Positions 1 to 10,769 of a stretch of DNA of 64,000 nt are shown here, piece after piece. The notes below the pieces were generated by a model. The model was given only the letters and a program-made list of their open reading frames with translations, was not told the origin of the DNA and did not search any database. The stretch is from an uncultured bacterium (GTDB taxonomy: Bacteria; Zixibacteria; MSB-5A5; UBA10806), in assembly GCA_965541585.1 (NCBI GenBank), contig CBEUCH010000011.1, forward strand, positions 59,557 to 123,556, written 5' to 3'. Every line of letters starts with the position of its first letter. The first letter of the stretch is position 1. The translations under genes and the position numbers were made by a program.

Positions 1-2
1 CG

Positions 3-605
3 GGAATACTGACTGAGCTGTCCGTTAATGTCGGTGAATATGCACCGATCGGGATTCCTATCGCCACCGTGGCCCAGACCGATAAGATCAGGCTGACTTT
101 ATTCGTCGATAGCAGAGGTGCCGGTTTTATCAAAAAGGGTCAAGGAGCCGTTATAACGGTTGAGTCGATCGGATATTCGGGCAAGAAGTTTGGCGGTTTT
201 GTAACGGAAGTCTCCGGATCGGCCGATCCTCAAACCCGGCTGTTCACGGTCGATATCAGGATCGATAACGAGAATGGTGATCTGGCCCCGGGGATGTTTG
301 CCAGGGCCGAGATAGTCGTTAACGAGCTTAAATCCATATTGATCGTTCCCAGGGAAGCAGTTTTCTCAGTGGAAGGAGTGTATAAAGTTTATAAGCTGGA
401 GGGCGACCGTGCCCGGGAGCAATCCATTTATATTGGAGAATCGACATCTGAATCAATCCAGATTGTATCAGGTTTGGCTGATGGCGATACGGTGGTGGTT
501 ATCGGCCGAAATTTGATTGAGGACGGCTCTCTGGTTAAGATAGCGGGCAAAGATGACGGCAGCGAGGAAGAAATCATCCAGGGAGAGGCGTCCACGGAAA
601 AGTAA
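3..605 (+). CDS. RND efflux periplasmic adaptor (membrane fusion protein), 5'-partial
   Basis: Frame is open from base 3. It carries MFP C-terminal motifs (ADPQTRLFTV, LAPGMFARAEI, VPREAV, SGLADGDTVV) and lies directly upstream of an RND permease. Confidence 0.9.
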   Translation, partial: GILTELSVNVGEYAPIGIPIATVAQTDKIRLTLFVDSRGAGFIKKGQGAVITVESIGYSGKKFGGFVTEVSGSADPQTRLFTVDIRIDNENGDLAPGMFARAEIVVNELKSILIVPREAVFSVEGVYKVYKLEGDRAREQSIYIGESTSESIQIVSGLADGDTVVVIGRNLIEDGSLVKIAGKDDGSEEEIIQGEASTEK

Positions 606-608
606 GCT

Positions 609-3600
609 ATGTATATTTCTAATGTTTCGGTAAAAAGACCGGTATTTACCACCATGGTCACGATAGCCCTGCTTGTACTGGGGGCAGTCTCTTACAACCG
701 GATGGGCGTCGATCTCTTCCCCGATATAGACTTTCCTTTCGTAATCATCACGACGGTATATCCGGGAGCGGGCCCGGATGCTGTATCCACCGATGTGACT
801 CAGAAGATTGAGGATGCGGTTAATCCGATTTCCGGGGTCAAACATATAGAATCGACATCGAGTGAAGGGATGTCTCTTGTTTTCGTTGAATTCACGCTTG
901 AAACCAAGGGTATCGAAGCGGCGCAGGAGGTGCGTGAAAAGATTTCCGTCATAAGATCGGAACTGCCGCGCGACATCGAAGAACCGATCGTCCAGAGATA
1001 CGATCCAGAATCAGAGGCAATAATATCGATTGTCATGGGTGGCGACAGACCTCCCAAGGAGCTCACTTCGCTGGCTGATAAGCTGATCAAGGAAAAATTA
1101 GAATCGATTGAAGGTGTTGGAGCCGTAGCCATTGTTGGCGGCAGTGAACGGGAGTTTCAGGTTTTGCTCGATCTCGATGCCGTGAATGCCAGAATGCTGG
1201 CGTTCGATGATATCGCTTCCGCCATTTCCAATTCGAATTTCGAGCTTCCCGGCGGGCACCTGAACCAGGGGGAAAGCGAAATCCTGGTTCGCACCATGGG
1301 TCGCTTTGAGAGTGTCGAAGATATCAGGAATGTCATCATCAAGAACACTAAAGGAAAGGTAATTCGTCTGGGCGATATTGCCACGGTCGCGGACACGATC
1401 GCCGAGAGGCGCGGCCTGGCCCGTTATGATGGCAAGGAAGCCGTCACTCTCGAAGTAAGACGGCAATCCGGGACTAACACCGTGGAGGTGGCCAGGGCGG
1501 TGAAGAAAAAGCTGGAGGAAATAAATCTACAGCTTCCTTCAGGCGTGACTGCGGAAGTTGCCCAGGATAATTCTATCTTCATCGAGGAATCACTGCACGA
1601 CGTTCAGATAACCATAGTCGTCGCGGGGGCGCTGGCGATTCTGGCCATATTCTTGTTCCTGGCAAATATCCCCTCTACCATTATAACAGCCGTGGCTATA
1701 CCGACATCGATTGTGGCAACCTTCACGGCTATGGAGTTTTTGGGGTTCACACTCAACATGATGTCGCTTATGGCGCTGTCACTGGCCGTAGGGCTCTTGG
1801 TTGATGACGCTATTGTTGTAATCGAAAATATCTACAGACACCTGGCCGGCGGGGAGTCACCGGTCGATGCCGCCAGAAACGGCACATCGGAAATCGGCCT
1901 GGCAGTGATGGCGACCACGTTTTCAATCGTGGTCGTGTTTTTGCCGGTGGCGTTCATGTCCGGTATTGTCGGTCGATTTTTCTACCAATTTGGCCTGACT
2001 ATTGCGGTGGCGGTTATGGTCTCGTTGTTCATAGCTTTTACTCTTACTCCGATGCTGGCCTCGAAATTCCTGGAGAAGGAAAAGCCATTAAAGAGAGAAT
2101 CTAGAAATCCTATCACTGTCGTACTCTCTTACTGGAACCACTTCTTCAAGAAGTTCGGTGATTTTTACAGGGTCGCCCTGGCATGGGTTCTGAAACATAG
2201 ACTCGTGACCCTGACTATGGCCATCGGCGGATTCGCGATCTCGATCTATCTTGCAGGCTTTTTAGGTAATGAATTTATCCCTCCATCGGATCGTGCGGAG
2301 TTGTATGTTAATTTCAAGGCCATGCCGGGCTCGAGCCTGCAGAGGACATCGTATCTGGCAAGTCAGCTTGAAGAAAGAATCGCGTCTCATGACGATATCG
2401 TAAGACATCAGTTGCTGACAATCGGCGGCGGGGTTACTCCGATCAATGAGGGCCTGATTTATATTAAACTGACGGAAAAAAGCGATCGCGACGAATCAGT
2501 ATTTCAATTTATGGATATTCTCCGCAAGGAATTATCCGAGGTCCCGGGGCTATCGATGAGCATAGCTATCGAACCCGGCCATGGGGGGGCAGGCAGGCTC
2601 GTCGAGTATTCCATAAGAGGCCCGGACTATGATCGGCTGAAGGATCTCGCGATTTCATTAGAGCAGATGATGAAAGAAACGCCGGGCGCCGTGGACGTGG
2701 ACAACAGCGAGAAACAGGCCCGGCCGGAGCTTCAAGTTGAAGTCGATAGAGATCTGGCCAAGGATCTGGGATTGACTATTGCAGATATAGGCATCGGCGT
2801 AAGAAACATGGTTGACGGATCTCCCGTCAGCAGGTTCAAGGAGGGGGACGAGGAGTACGATATCAGGGTCCAGTTGGCATCTCAATACAGGATCGATATC
2901 GAGAATTTAAACAATATATATATCACCTCTGAAAAACAGATCAGGGGAGAGGATATGTATGTTCCCCTTCGGCAGGTGGCCCGGATTTTCGAAAAGAAAG
3001 CTCCCACGGAGATCCGTCGTTTCGATCGCCAGCGCGAGATCAGGGTCGGTTCCAATGCCGCAACAGGCTTCACCATGGGCGATGTTCTTGGACCGGTAAA
3101 TAGCAGGATGGGAAACCTCGATATCCGTCCCGGATATTCAATCACTCCGGTTGGCGAGGCTGAGATTCAACAGGAATCTTTCGCCGAAATATATATCGCT
3201 CTTATGCTGGCAGTAATCTTCGTCTATTTACTTTTGGCCTCGCAGTTCGAATCATTCTTAGATCCATTCGCCATGGGGATGTCACTTTTAATGGCGCCCA
3301 TGGGAGCGATCCTCGGACTTTTCATCTTTGGATCCTCCATATCCCTTATGTCTCTTATCGGGATCGTGTTCTTGATGGGATTGGTCACCAAGAACGCCAT
3401 ATTGCTTATCGATTTTATAAAGCAGGCCCGACGTCGCGGAATGGGCCGCACGGAGGCAATTCTACAGGCGGGACCGATCAGACTCCGGCCCATTATGATG
3501 ACCACTCTCTCGATGATCTTCGCCATGCTGCCCCTGGCCTTTGGCGTCGGTCCCGGGGCCGAGTTCCGGGCGCCGATGGCGCAGGCGGTTATAGGCGGAT

Positions 3601-3755
3601 TGACATCGTCCACTCTTTTAACATTGATCATTGTTCCGATAGTCTATACATTATTGGATGATATGGTAGCATTTGTCACCGGAAAGCGGAAGAAATCGAG
3701 AGCAGAGCTCGCCGCTGGAACCGGGGCCGAGGGTCTCGTAGTTGATGATAAATAA
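609..3755 (+). CDS. RND efflux transporter permease subunit (AcrB/AcrD/AcrF family)
   Basis: 1048 aa; N-terminal [32 protein letters not shown] and RLRPIMMTT motifs. Confidence 0.97.
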   Translation: MYISNVSVKRPVFTTMVTIALLVLGAVSYNRMGVDLFPDIDFPFVIITTVYPGAGPDAVSTDVTQKIEDAVNPISGVKHIESTSSEGMSLVFVEFTLETKGIEAAQEVREKISVIRSELPRDIEEPIVQRYDPESEAIISIVMGGDRPPKELTSLADKLIKEKLESIEGVGAVAIVGGSEREFQVLLDLDAVNARMLAFDDIASAISNSNFELPGGHLNQGESEILVRTMGRFESVEDIRNVIIKNTKGKVIRLGDIATVADTIAERRGLARYDGKEAVTLEVRRQSGTNTVEVARAVKKKLEEINLQLPSGVTAEVAQDNSIFIEESLHDVQITIVVAGALAILAIFLFLANIPSTIITAVAIPTSIVATFTAMEFLGFTLNMMSLMALSLAVGLLVDDAIVVIENIYRHLAGGESPVDAARNGTSEIGLAVMATTFSIVVVFLPVAFMSGIVGRFFYQFGLTIAVAVMVSLFIAFTLTPMLASKFLEKEKPLKRESRNPITVVLSYWNHFFKKFGDFYRVALAWVLKHRLVTLTMAIGGFAISIYLAGFLGNEFIPPSDRAELYVNFKAMPGSSLQRTSYLASQLEERIASHDDIVRHQLLTIGGGVTPINEGLIYIKLTEKSDRDESVFQFMDILRKELSEVPGLSMSIAIEPGHGGAGRLVEYSIRGPDYDRLKDLAISLEQMMKETPGAVDVDNSEKQARPELQVEVDRDLAKDLGLTIADIGIGVRNMVDGSPVSRFKEGDEEYDIRVQLASQYRIDIENLNNIYITSEKQIRGEDMYVPLRQVARIFEKKAPTEIRRFDRQREIRVGSNAATGFTMGDVLGPVNSRMGNLDIRPGYSITPVGEAEIQQESFAEIYIALMLAVIFVYLLLASQFESFLDPFAMGMSLLMAPMGAILGLFIFGSSISLMSLIGIVFLMGLVTKNAILLIDFIKQARRRGMGRTEAILQAGPIRLRPIMMTTLSMIFAMLPLAFGVGPGAEFRAPMAQAVIGGLTSSTLLTLIIVPIVYTLLDDMVAFVTGKRKKSRAELAAGTGAEGLVVDDK

Positions 3756-5383
3756 TGTTGCCTGTCAAATTCGATAAGCTCTCCGGAAGCACTAAGCTTT
3801 TTCTGGATTTCATAAACTTTACCGGAGCCGCTCCCCGGTTCTATAAATATGATTTCAGGGATCCCTCATCGTATGTGAAGGCAGCTGAACGAATTGACCG
3901 AAAATCTTACAAGAGAGAAGAACTGGTCTCCATTATACGAGATGCCACACATCATTTGAACTTACCGGAAAAAACGAAGGCTAATATTGATAAACTTGCA
4001 AACTCCGAGTGCCTTGTCGTCTTCGCCGGTCAGCAGGTCGGGATGCTTCTGGGGCCGATGTATACGGTCATAAAGGCGCTTACAGCGTTCAAGTTAGCGT
4101 CGAAACTTGAATCCGAATTGGGCCGGCTGGTCGTTCCGTGTTTTTGGATGGCCACCGACGATCACGATTTCGATGAGATCAAAGACGTTCGCATGTTGAA
4201 CCGGGCAGGGGAATGTATGGAAATCTCCTATGAACCTGTCTCTCCTCCGGCTGGCGCCCCGATGGCCGATGTCTTGCTCGATGACAGGATTGAGGATCTG
4301 ATCAGCCAGGTGGAAAAAAATCTACTGGAGACCGAATTCACCGGTCATATCAAGAATCTATTGGAGAGCAGCTATATGCCCGGCAAACATCTGTCCGAGG
4401 CCTTCGCCGTTTTGTTCAATCAACTAATGGAAGATTTCGGCATTGTGCCGATAGATCCTAATTATCCTGATCTTAAGAAGATCATGGCGCCGGTGTTCCG
4501 CCGCGAAATTGAAAATCACAACGAGATATTCGAGAATCTTGAAAGACGATCATTGGATATTATCAGCGCCGGCCGCCACAGGCAGGTTCACAAGACCGGT
4601 GATACTCTTAATCTATTTATCAATAAGAATGGTAGAAGAAATATAATTGTCGAGAAACGCAGGTTTCGCCTTGACGGTCATGACGGTATTTACAGCGGAG
4701 AACAGCTTCTGGAGATGCTGGATAAATCTCCGGAAAAGTTTTCGCCGAATGTCTGTCTGAGGCCCATAGCGCAATGTCTGGCATTTCCCACCGTCTGCCA
4801 GGTCGTGGGGCCGTCGGAGGCGGCATATTTTGCACAGATACAACCTCTTTTCGATTACCTGAATGTTCCCTGGCCGGTGGTTAAGCCGAGGATTTTCGCA
4901 ACAATTGTCGAGCCCCATATACAAAAGATATTCAAAAAACTCTCTTTAGATTTCGCCTTTTTGTATGACGATACCGAGCATGAGATAAGCCGAGCCATCA
5001 AAGAGAAATTTCCCCCGGAGACTCAGCAGAAAGCCGAATCTCTGAGATCCGAAATAGATAAACCGCTTCGGGACCTATTGAAATCATTAGAGAATTCAGA
5101 TTCTGAAAGCGGCCAGGCTATCGAACATACAAGGAAGAGGATTGATCACGAAATGAACCATCTCTCTAAGAAACTATTTACTGCCCATAAGAAACGCCAT
5201 GAGACAGTTAAAGGACAGATACATCGTGCCGCAAAATTCCTTTTTCCCGTCAGCAAATTTCAGGAACGGGTACTATCCCCGTTGTATTTTGCAAACAAAT
5301 TCGGTCCGGGTATTTTCAAAGAGATCGAGAGTAAACTCGATATCGATTCTGTGGATCATCAGATTATAGAGATCGGGAAATGA
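3755..5383 (+). CDS. bshC: Bacillithiol biosynthesis cysteine-adding enzyme BshC
   Basis: 542 aa; AGQQ..LLGPMYT.IK, FWMATDDHDFDEI, FSPNV.LRP, GPSEAAYFAQ and QERVLS motifs; adjacent to bshA and bshB1. Start overlaps the upstream stop (TAATG). Confidence 0.93.
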   Translation: MLPVKFDKLSGSTKLFLDFINFTGAAPRFYKYDFRDPSSYVKAAERIDRKSYKREELVSIIRDATHHLNLPEKTKANIDKLANSECLVVFAGQQVGMLLGPMYTVIKALTAFKLASKLESELGRLVVPCFWMATDDHDFDEIKDVRMLNRAGECMEISYEPVSPPAGAPMADVLLDDRIEDLISQVEKNLLETEFTGHIKNLLESSYMPGKHLSEAFAVLFNQLMEDFGIVPIDPNYPDLKKIMAPVFRREIENHNEIFENLERRSLDIISAGRHRQVHKTGDTLNLFINKNGRRNIIVEKRRFRLDGHDGIYSGEQLLEMLDKSPEKFSPNVCLRPIAQCLAFPTVCQVVGPSEAAYFAQIQPLFDYLNVPWPVVKPRIFATIVEPHIQKIFKKLSLDFAFLYDDTEHEISRAIKEKFPPETQQKAESLRSEIDKPLRDLLKSLENSDSESGQAIEHTRKRIDHEMNHLSKKLFTAHKKRHETVKGQIHRAAKFLFPVSKFQERVLSPLYFANKFGPGIFKEIESKLDIDSVDHQIIEIGK

Positions 5384-6507
5384 AAGTTGGGATTGTATGT
5401 TATCCCGTCAAAGGCGGTTCCGGCGTCGTGGCCTCGGAGCTGGGACTGGCGCTTTCGTCAGCCGGGGTGGAGGTTCATTTTTTTTCTTATGCGCTTCCTT
5501 TCCGGCTTACCGGATTTGATTCGAAATTTATTTTTCACGAAGTTGAGGTATCGAATTATCCGCTCTTTAAATATCCGCCCTATACGCTGTCGCTGGCGAC
5601 CAGACTCGCCGAGGAATCGAAAAGGGTGGGACTCGACATTATCCACGCTCATTATGCCATTCCTCATGCCGTCAGCGGCTATATCGCCAGGCAGATTCTG
5701 GGGCCCGGCGGACCGAAGTTGATAACAACGCTTCACGGCACTGATATAACGCTGGTGGGGCAGGATTCTTCCTTTAGGGCCGTCACGAAATTCTCGATGG
5801 AGGCATCGGACGCCCTCACCGCCGTCAGCAAGTATATCTGTGACAGCACGCGCGAATCATTCGGGATCAAAAAGCCGATAAAAGTAATCCCCAATTTCGT
5901 AGATATATCGAGGTTCAAGCCTGATCAGACGGGTTGCGACCGCTCGGAGTTGGCGTTGCCCGATGAGAAAATCATTATGCATATGTCAAACTACAGGCCC
6001 GTCAAGAACGCCGACGATGTAATCCGGATATTCAAAATCGTAAATGAGAAAATACCTTCAAAACTGCTTCTCGTGGGCGACGGTCCGGAGGCTCCCAATG
6101 TACTATCGCTTGCCGAACGGATGGGATTGAAAGAAAAGACCATCTTCCTTGGCGGACAGGATATGGTCGAATCCGTTCTCTGCAAAGCGGATCTATTCCT
6201 CCTGCCCTCGGCCTCCGAAGGGTTTGGTCTAGCCGCTCTTGAAGCTCTGGCCTGCGGTGTGCCGGTGATTGGCTCTATCGTGGGAGGTCTGCCCGAACTG
6301 ATCACCGATGGCGAAGTTGGATTTCTGGAGCCGATCGGGGATGTGGAGGCGATGGCGAAAAGATCAATCGAAATCCTCTCGGACGATATGCTTCATCAAT
6401 CGATGTCAAAAAACGCTCGCAGGTTGACGGTTGAGAAATTCGATACCAGAGATATTGTCAAGGAATACCATCAGTTTTATGAAGAGGTTTTGACAAATGA
6501 GTTCTAA
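5380..6507 (+). CDS. bshA: N-acetyl-alpha-D-glucosaminyl L-malate synthase BshA (GT4)
   Basis: MKVGIVCYP..GGSGVVA.ELG, HAHYAIPHA, TTLHGTDITLVG and EGFGLAALEA motifs. Confidence 0.96.
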   Translation: MKVGIVCYPVKGGSGVVASELGLALSSAGVEVHFFSYALPFRLTGFDSKFIFHEVEVSNYPLFKYPPYTLSLATRLAEESKRVGLDIIHAHYAIPHAVSGYIARQILGPGGPKLITTLHGTDITLVGQDSSFRAVTKFSMEASDALTAVSKYICDSTRESFGIKKPIKVIPNFVDISRFKPDQTGCDRSELALPDEKIIMHMSNYRPVKNADDVIRIFKIVNEKIPSKLLLVGDGPEAPNVLSLAERMGLKEKTIFLGGQDMVESVLCKADLFLLPSASEGFGLAALEALACGVPVIGSIVGGLPELITDGEVGFLEPIGDVEAMAKRSIEILSDDMLHQSMSKNARRLTVEKFDTRDIVKEYHQFYEEVLTNEF

Positions 6508-7225
6508 AAAAACCGTAAAGCTGGACGTTCTGGCCATAGCGGCGCACTGCGACGATACAGAGATTGTCTCGGGCGGCACCGTAATAAAGCTCGTCGACAT
6601 GGGTTACGCCGTGGGGATTCTCGATCTGACCGCCGGAGAATCCGGCTCACGCGGTAATGCCGAGACGAGAACCAAAGAAGCTAAATGCGCCGCTAAGTTG
6701 ATGGGATTGAAATACAGGCATAACCTGGGCCTTCCCGACGCCGGTCTCTACGATACGCAGGAGAATGCTCTTAAGGTAGCCGAGGTTATCAGACAGACTG
6801 AACCGGAGATGGTGATACTGCCGTACTGGGAGCAACGTCACCCTGACCACGCCGCGGCCAACCGCATAGGTTACCGGGGGTGTTTTCTGGCCGGACTCGA
6901 TAAGATGCCGATCCCCGGCGAGGCGCACCGTCCCCGAAAAATCATATACTCGACATCGTTTCATGATACGAAGCCCACGTTTGTTGTGGATATCACCGAG
7001 CAGTTCGAGCGGAAATGCCAGGCGGTGGCCTGCTATAAGACGCAGTTTAAGGAGAAACCGGGCCAGCGCGAGGTCTTTCCACCGGCTCGCAACATCTTCG
7101 ATTACATGGAAATCAGAAACCGGCAGTATGGTTATATGATCGGCGTCCGCTACGGGGAATGCTTCATTCAGAAGGAAAAGCTCAAAGTCGATGATCCGCT
7201 GAAATTGCCGGGCAAATCGATATAG
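6497..7225 (+). CDS. bshB1: Bacillithiol biosynthesis deacetylase BshB1 (PIG-L family)
   Basis: AHCDD (HPDD-like), DLTAGE.GSRG and RHPDH motifs; bsh operon context. Confidence 0.9.
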   Translation: MSSKKTVKLDVLAIAAHCDDTEIVSGGTVIKLVDMGYAVGILDLTAGESGSRGNAETRTKEAKCAAKLMGLKYRHNLGLPDAGLYDTQENALKVAEVIRQTEPEMVILPYWEQRHPDHAAANRIGYRGCFLAGLDKMPIPGEAHRPRKIIYSTSFHDTKPTFVVDITEQFERKCQAVACYKTQFKEKPGQREVFPPARNIFDYMEIRNRQYGYMIGVRYGECFIQKEKLKVDDPLKLPGKSI

Positions 7226-7274
7226 AGAACCTTTCTGCAAGAATAAATATCGTTTTGTCCCTATCCATTTTGCC

Positions 7275-7303
7275 TTGATTCGCCGGATGGCGATGACTAT
7301 AAT
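7275..7303 (+). promoter_or_regulatory. Sigma70-type promoter of tRNA-Sec
   Basis: TTGATT-17 nt-TATAAT, ending 6 nt before the tRNA 5' G. Confidence 0.65.
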
Positions 7304-7309
7304 ATTTCC

Positions 7310-7402
7310 GGAAGAGGATGGGGTCTGGTGGCCCCTGCGGCCTTCAAAGCCGTTGGCGGCCGGTGTTCCCGGCCGCGGGAGGTTCGATTCCTCCCCCTTC
7401 CG
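7310..7402 (+). tRNA. selC: tRNA-Sec (anticodon TCA), CCA not encoded
   Basis: GGAAG 5' end, 6-bp D stem (GGGGTC/GGCCCC) with TGGT loop, anticodon loop CTTCAAA (TCA at 7344-7346), 8-bp variable stem, T arm GGAGG-TTCGATT-CCTCC, discriminator G7402. selDAB lies nearby. Confidence 0.97.
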
Positions 7403-7500
7403 GTGTTTAATGCGGGTTTACTCGCTTTAGTCGATAGATTCATGCGATTGCATAAACTCAAATCTCCCTTTCCGGTGCAAGGATCGTAATTAGACAATAG

Positions 7501-8640
7501 ATGGACAAAAAACCGATTCCTCTATGTGCGAATTGCCAGACGGCCATTGAAAGCCGATCCCTTGGTTATGGTGTGGTCTATATATGCAAGAATTGCGGCG
7601 GCACCGCCATAGGGATTAGCGCCTTGAAAAGACGTAATGCCGATATCAAATTTGTTAACGACATATGGCGCGAAACACGGGAACATCCGATTCTCGGAAA
7701 TAAGGCATGTCCATTCTGTCTGAAGTTAATGAATAGTGTGCGAAGAAGTATAGAGGGCAAGGCATTCGAAGTAGATGTTTGCGCCAAATGTATGACGGTC
7801 TGGCTTGACGCAGGAGAGTCGGATTTTTTCCCAAAGACTGTTGAAGGCAAGGATCTATCTTATGCTGGAGATGACGGTCTATCCCCTGAGGCCCGCGAGG
7901 CGCTGGCGATCTTTAAAGTAAGAGAAAGAATACGTCAGGATATTGATGACGATTTCAAAAGCGAGTCTCCCGATTCAGCATCAAAGGTAATATTGACTAT
8001 TCTGGGCTTTCCGGTTAAGTCGGGAGGGTCAACTCTAAACGTTGTCCCGTACGCCGTCTGGAGCATCGCGACGATTATAGTTCTGGCTTTTATCTTATCG
8101 TATTCAAATATCAATGATATTGCGCAACGCTGGGGAATGTTGCCTTCCGAATGGCACAGGAATTATGGCTTAACGTTTGTTACTTCATTTTTCCTTCACG
8201 CCGACTTTTTTCATTTGGTCTATAACCTCTATTTTTTCATGCTATTCGGGAGCCATGCTGAACAGAATCTGGGGAAATGGCGTTTTATTCTCCTTGTTCT
8301 TTTTTCGCATCTGGTCGGGATTTTCTGCCATTTCCTGTTAAGTCCGGATGCAACGATTTCCGTGATCGGCGCCAGCGCCGGGATCTCGGGAGTTCTGGCA
8401 TATTATGCTATCATGTATCCAAAAGATAAAATAACGATATTCTATCTATTCTACTTTCAGTACGGTTGGCTACGACTGTCAGTGATATATGCTTTCGCGA
8501 TCCATTTGATATTTCAAATAACCGGCCTGGTTTCACAACTGCTGGGAATGTCGCCGATTTCGTATATCGCTCATCTCGGGGGTATTCTTGTCGGCGTATG
8601 GACGGCTTTCTGGATCAAAAGCAGTATTAAAGAAGGCTGA
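7501..8640 (+). CDS. Rhomboid family intramembrane serine protease with N-terminal zinc-ribbon domains
   Basis: Four CxxC motifs (CANC, CKNC, CPFC, CAKC), then FLHADFFHL..N, GASAG (catalytic Ser) and AHLGG (catalytic His). Confidence 0.88.
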   Translation: MDKKPIPLCANCQTAIESRSLGYGVVYICKNCGGTAIGISALKRRNADIKFVNDIWRETREHPILGNKACPFCLKLMNSVRRSIEGKAFEVDVCAKCMTVWLDAGESDFFPKTVEGKDLSYAGDDGLSPEAREALAIFKVRERIRQDIDDDFKSESPDSASKVILTILGFPVKSGGSTLNVVPYAVWSIATIIVLAFILSYSNINDIAQRWGMLPSEWHRNYGLTFVTSFFLHADFFHLVYNLYFFMLFGSHAEQNLGKWRFILLVLFSHLVGIFCHFLLSPDATISVIGASAGISGVLAYYAIMYPKDKITIFYLFYFQYGWLRLSVIYAFAIHLIFQITGLVSQLLGMSPISYIAHLGGILVGVWTAFWIKSSIKEG

Positions 8641-8828
8641 TCTGAGAAGCTATCGTTCTCCTAGCGTACGAGAAATCTCTTTTTAGGAAATTGTGCAAGT
8701 TCAGAAGCCATGGTACCTAAAGCAGAAAGATTTTCCCCCCTTCCGGCTTTTTAGTGGAATAAAACGTCTCTTTTGGCGTATATTGTTTCAGTAATGGTTT
8801 ATGTCCCGAAATAATAGCGTAGAAGTCC

Positions 8829-10763
8829 ATGCTTAAAAGAGTGAAAAGTCTCGCTCCGACGGTATGCATTAGTGTCTTTTTGCTTAACTGCATTATCGCT
8901 AATAGTGGAGAGTTCAATTTCGAAAAAGCCTATATGTGGTATAATATCCGGGACGCCGGAATGAAGGGAGAATATATTTTCTGCGGTCTCGATGAAGGCC
9001 TTCTGGTACTGGATGGCACGGACCTGCAAAACGTCTCCGTCGCCGGCCAGGCCATCGATGGCAAATACCTGGGGAAATACCAATGGTATTCGGAAATGGC
9101 TATTGAAGGTGATTATGTTTATATGGCTAGATACGGTGGCGGACTGTCCATATTCGAAATAACGGATCCCGAATCTCCTTCGGTTGTCGCCAATTACGAG
9201 GGATATATTACTGATGTTTTCGTTTCAAACGAAAGTGCTTATATTACCATTAAAGAGTGCTGTCTTGAGATATTGGATGTTTCAAAACCCGTGGAGCCTC
9301 AAAAGAAGGGAGTGATCCCCGTTGAAGGGAAAGTAGAGGACGTATTCGTAAATGGCGATTATCTCTTTATCGTTAATTCCGAAATCGACCGTGAATATTA
9401 TGAGAAGGTTATTTCAAACAGTTGCCTCCAAATATATGATGTGGAAGACAGTGAGGAGCCTCGGATTGTCAGCGAATACAGTTTCGAAAACTCTGCTCGA
9501 TCGATATTCGTAAGGGACGGCTACGCTTATGTTCTGGTAGATGAAACCGGAATGGAAATCATCGATGTTCGGGATCCGTATAATCCCGAAAGTATAGCCA
9601 TAGGCAATTGCGATACCGGGGGATTATGCGCTGAAATCAAGCTGGAGGGATCCTACGCTTATTTATCTCCGACGCGTGGTACCTACTGCGTGTTTGATAT
9701 CTCCGATCCGTCGAATCCAAAATTGATTAACGACGATCCATTCCCTTTGGCGGGATGCAGATTTTCCGTCAATGATAGTATTGCTATTTTTGAAACACGC
9801 GATCTCGGCATGTTTTCCGAAGGTTGGGCCATTGTCGATGTTAAAGATCCTCAACGGATTTCCATTATCAAAGATCAACGAGTAGATCAGCACATTCAGG
9901 ACGCAGCAATTTCCGGAGATTATGCTTACGTACTAGAATGGGAGAATGGCTTGACCATTCTCGACCTCCGGCAAAAGCCGGGGAATGCGGTGGTATCGCA
10001 TCTGGATATCGATGGGCATTGCGAAGAAATCATGGTGCATAGGAATCATGCATATATACTTCGCAATGGCGGAAGCATGATAATAGTGGATATTTCTGAC
10101 CCGGAGCTTCCTCAAATAGCTTCGGAATACGGGAAAGAATTGTATATAGAAACGTTGTTAGCAAGGGACGACTACCTGTTTGCGGGCAGGCGAGACTATA
10201 TAGATGTCCTCGACGTTTCCAAGCCTCCTGATCTTCAATATGTGAAGAGAATCGTAGCAACGGACCGAGTAGAATTCATAAGCATCGTGAATGAATACAT
10301 GTATGTTTGTGCGGACGACTTCCAGATATTCGATGCCAGTGACATACTCAACCCTGTGTTTCTCGGGAGTTACGGAGTGAAGTATCCCAGATCGATTCAG
10401 GTAAGGGATAACTTCGCGTTTATTGCGGCGGGTAATGAAGGGCTCGAGATTCTCGATATTACAAACCCAGCACATATTAAAAGCGTGTCCTCAATTAAAC
10501 CGAAACAGATTGATGAAAGAAAGGAAAACCATGCTTCTTACGGAGTCTATTATAGTAAGGTAGTGCTCGACGGGGATCATGCCTTTGTTCTTACGAGGAT
10601 GGATATGAAAGCTGTAGTGGCAATAGATATTTCCGATCCATACCATCCGTTCTACGACGGCGAATTCGGCGGGATTTTCTCAGCGGATCATATAGTATTT
10701 TCACAGGGTCAAATCTACGTGCCCCAATTGTCTAATCTTCTTGTTCTCAAATACGAAAGGTAA
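8829..10763 (+). CDS. LVIVD-repeat secreted beta-propeller protein
   Basis: Signal peptide and repeated G.YAYV....GL.I(L/F)D(V/I)SDP..P units. Confidence 0.82.
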   Translation: MLKRVKSLAPTVCISVFLLNCIIANSGEFNFEKAYMWYNIRDAGMKGEYIFCGLDEGLLVLDGTDLQNVSVAGQAIDGKYLGKYQWYSEMAIEGDYVYMARYGGGLSIFEITDPESPSVVANYEGYITDVFVSNESAYITIKECCLEILDVSKPVEPQKKGVIPVEGKVEDVFVNGDYLFIVNSEIDREYYEKVISNSCLQIYDVEDSEEPRIVSEYSFENSARSIFVRDGYAYVLVDETGMEIIDVRDPYNPESIAIGNCDTGGLCAEIKLEGSYAYLSPTRGTYCVFDISDPSNPKLINDDPFPLAGCRFSVNDSIAIFETRDLGMFSEGWAIVDVKDPQRISIIKDQRVDQHIQDAAISGDYAYVLEWENGLTILDLRQKPGNAVVSHLDIDGHCEEIMVHRNHAYILRNGGSMIIVDISDPELPQIASEYGKELYIETLLARDDYLFAGRRDYIDVLDVSKPPDLQYVKRIVATDRVEFISIVNEYMYVCADDFQIFDASDILNPVFLGSYGVKYPRSIQVRDNFAFIAAGNEGLEILDITNPAHIKSVSSIKPKQIDERKENHASYGVYYSKVVLDGDHAFVLTRMDMKAVVAIDISDPYHPFYDGEFGGIFSADHIVFSQGQIYVPQLSNLLVLKYER

Positions 10764-10769
10764 GGGGAT

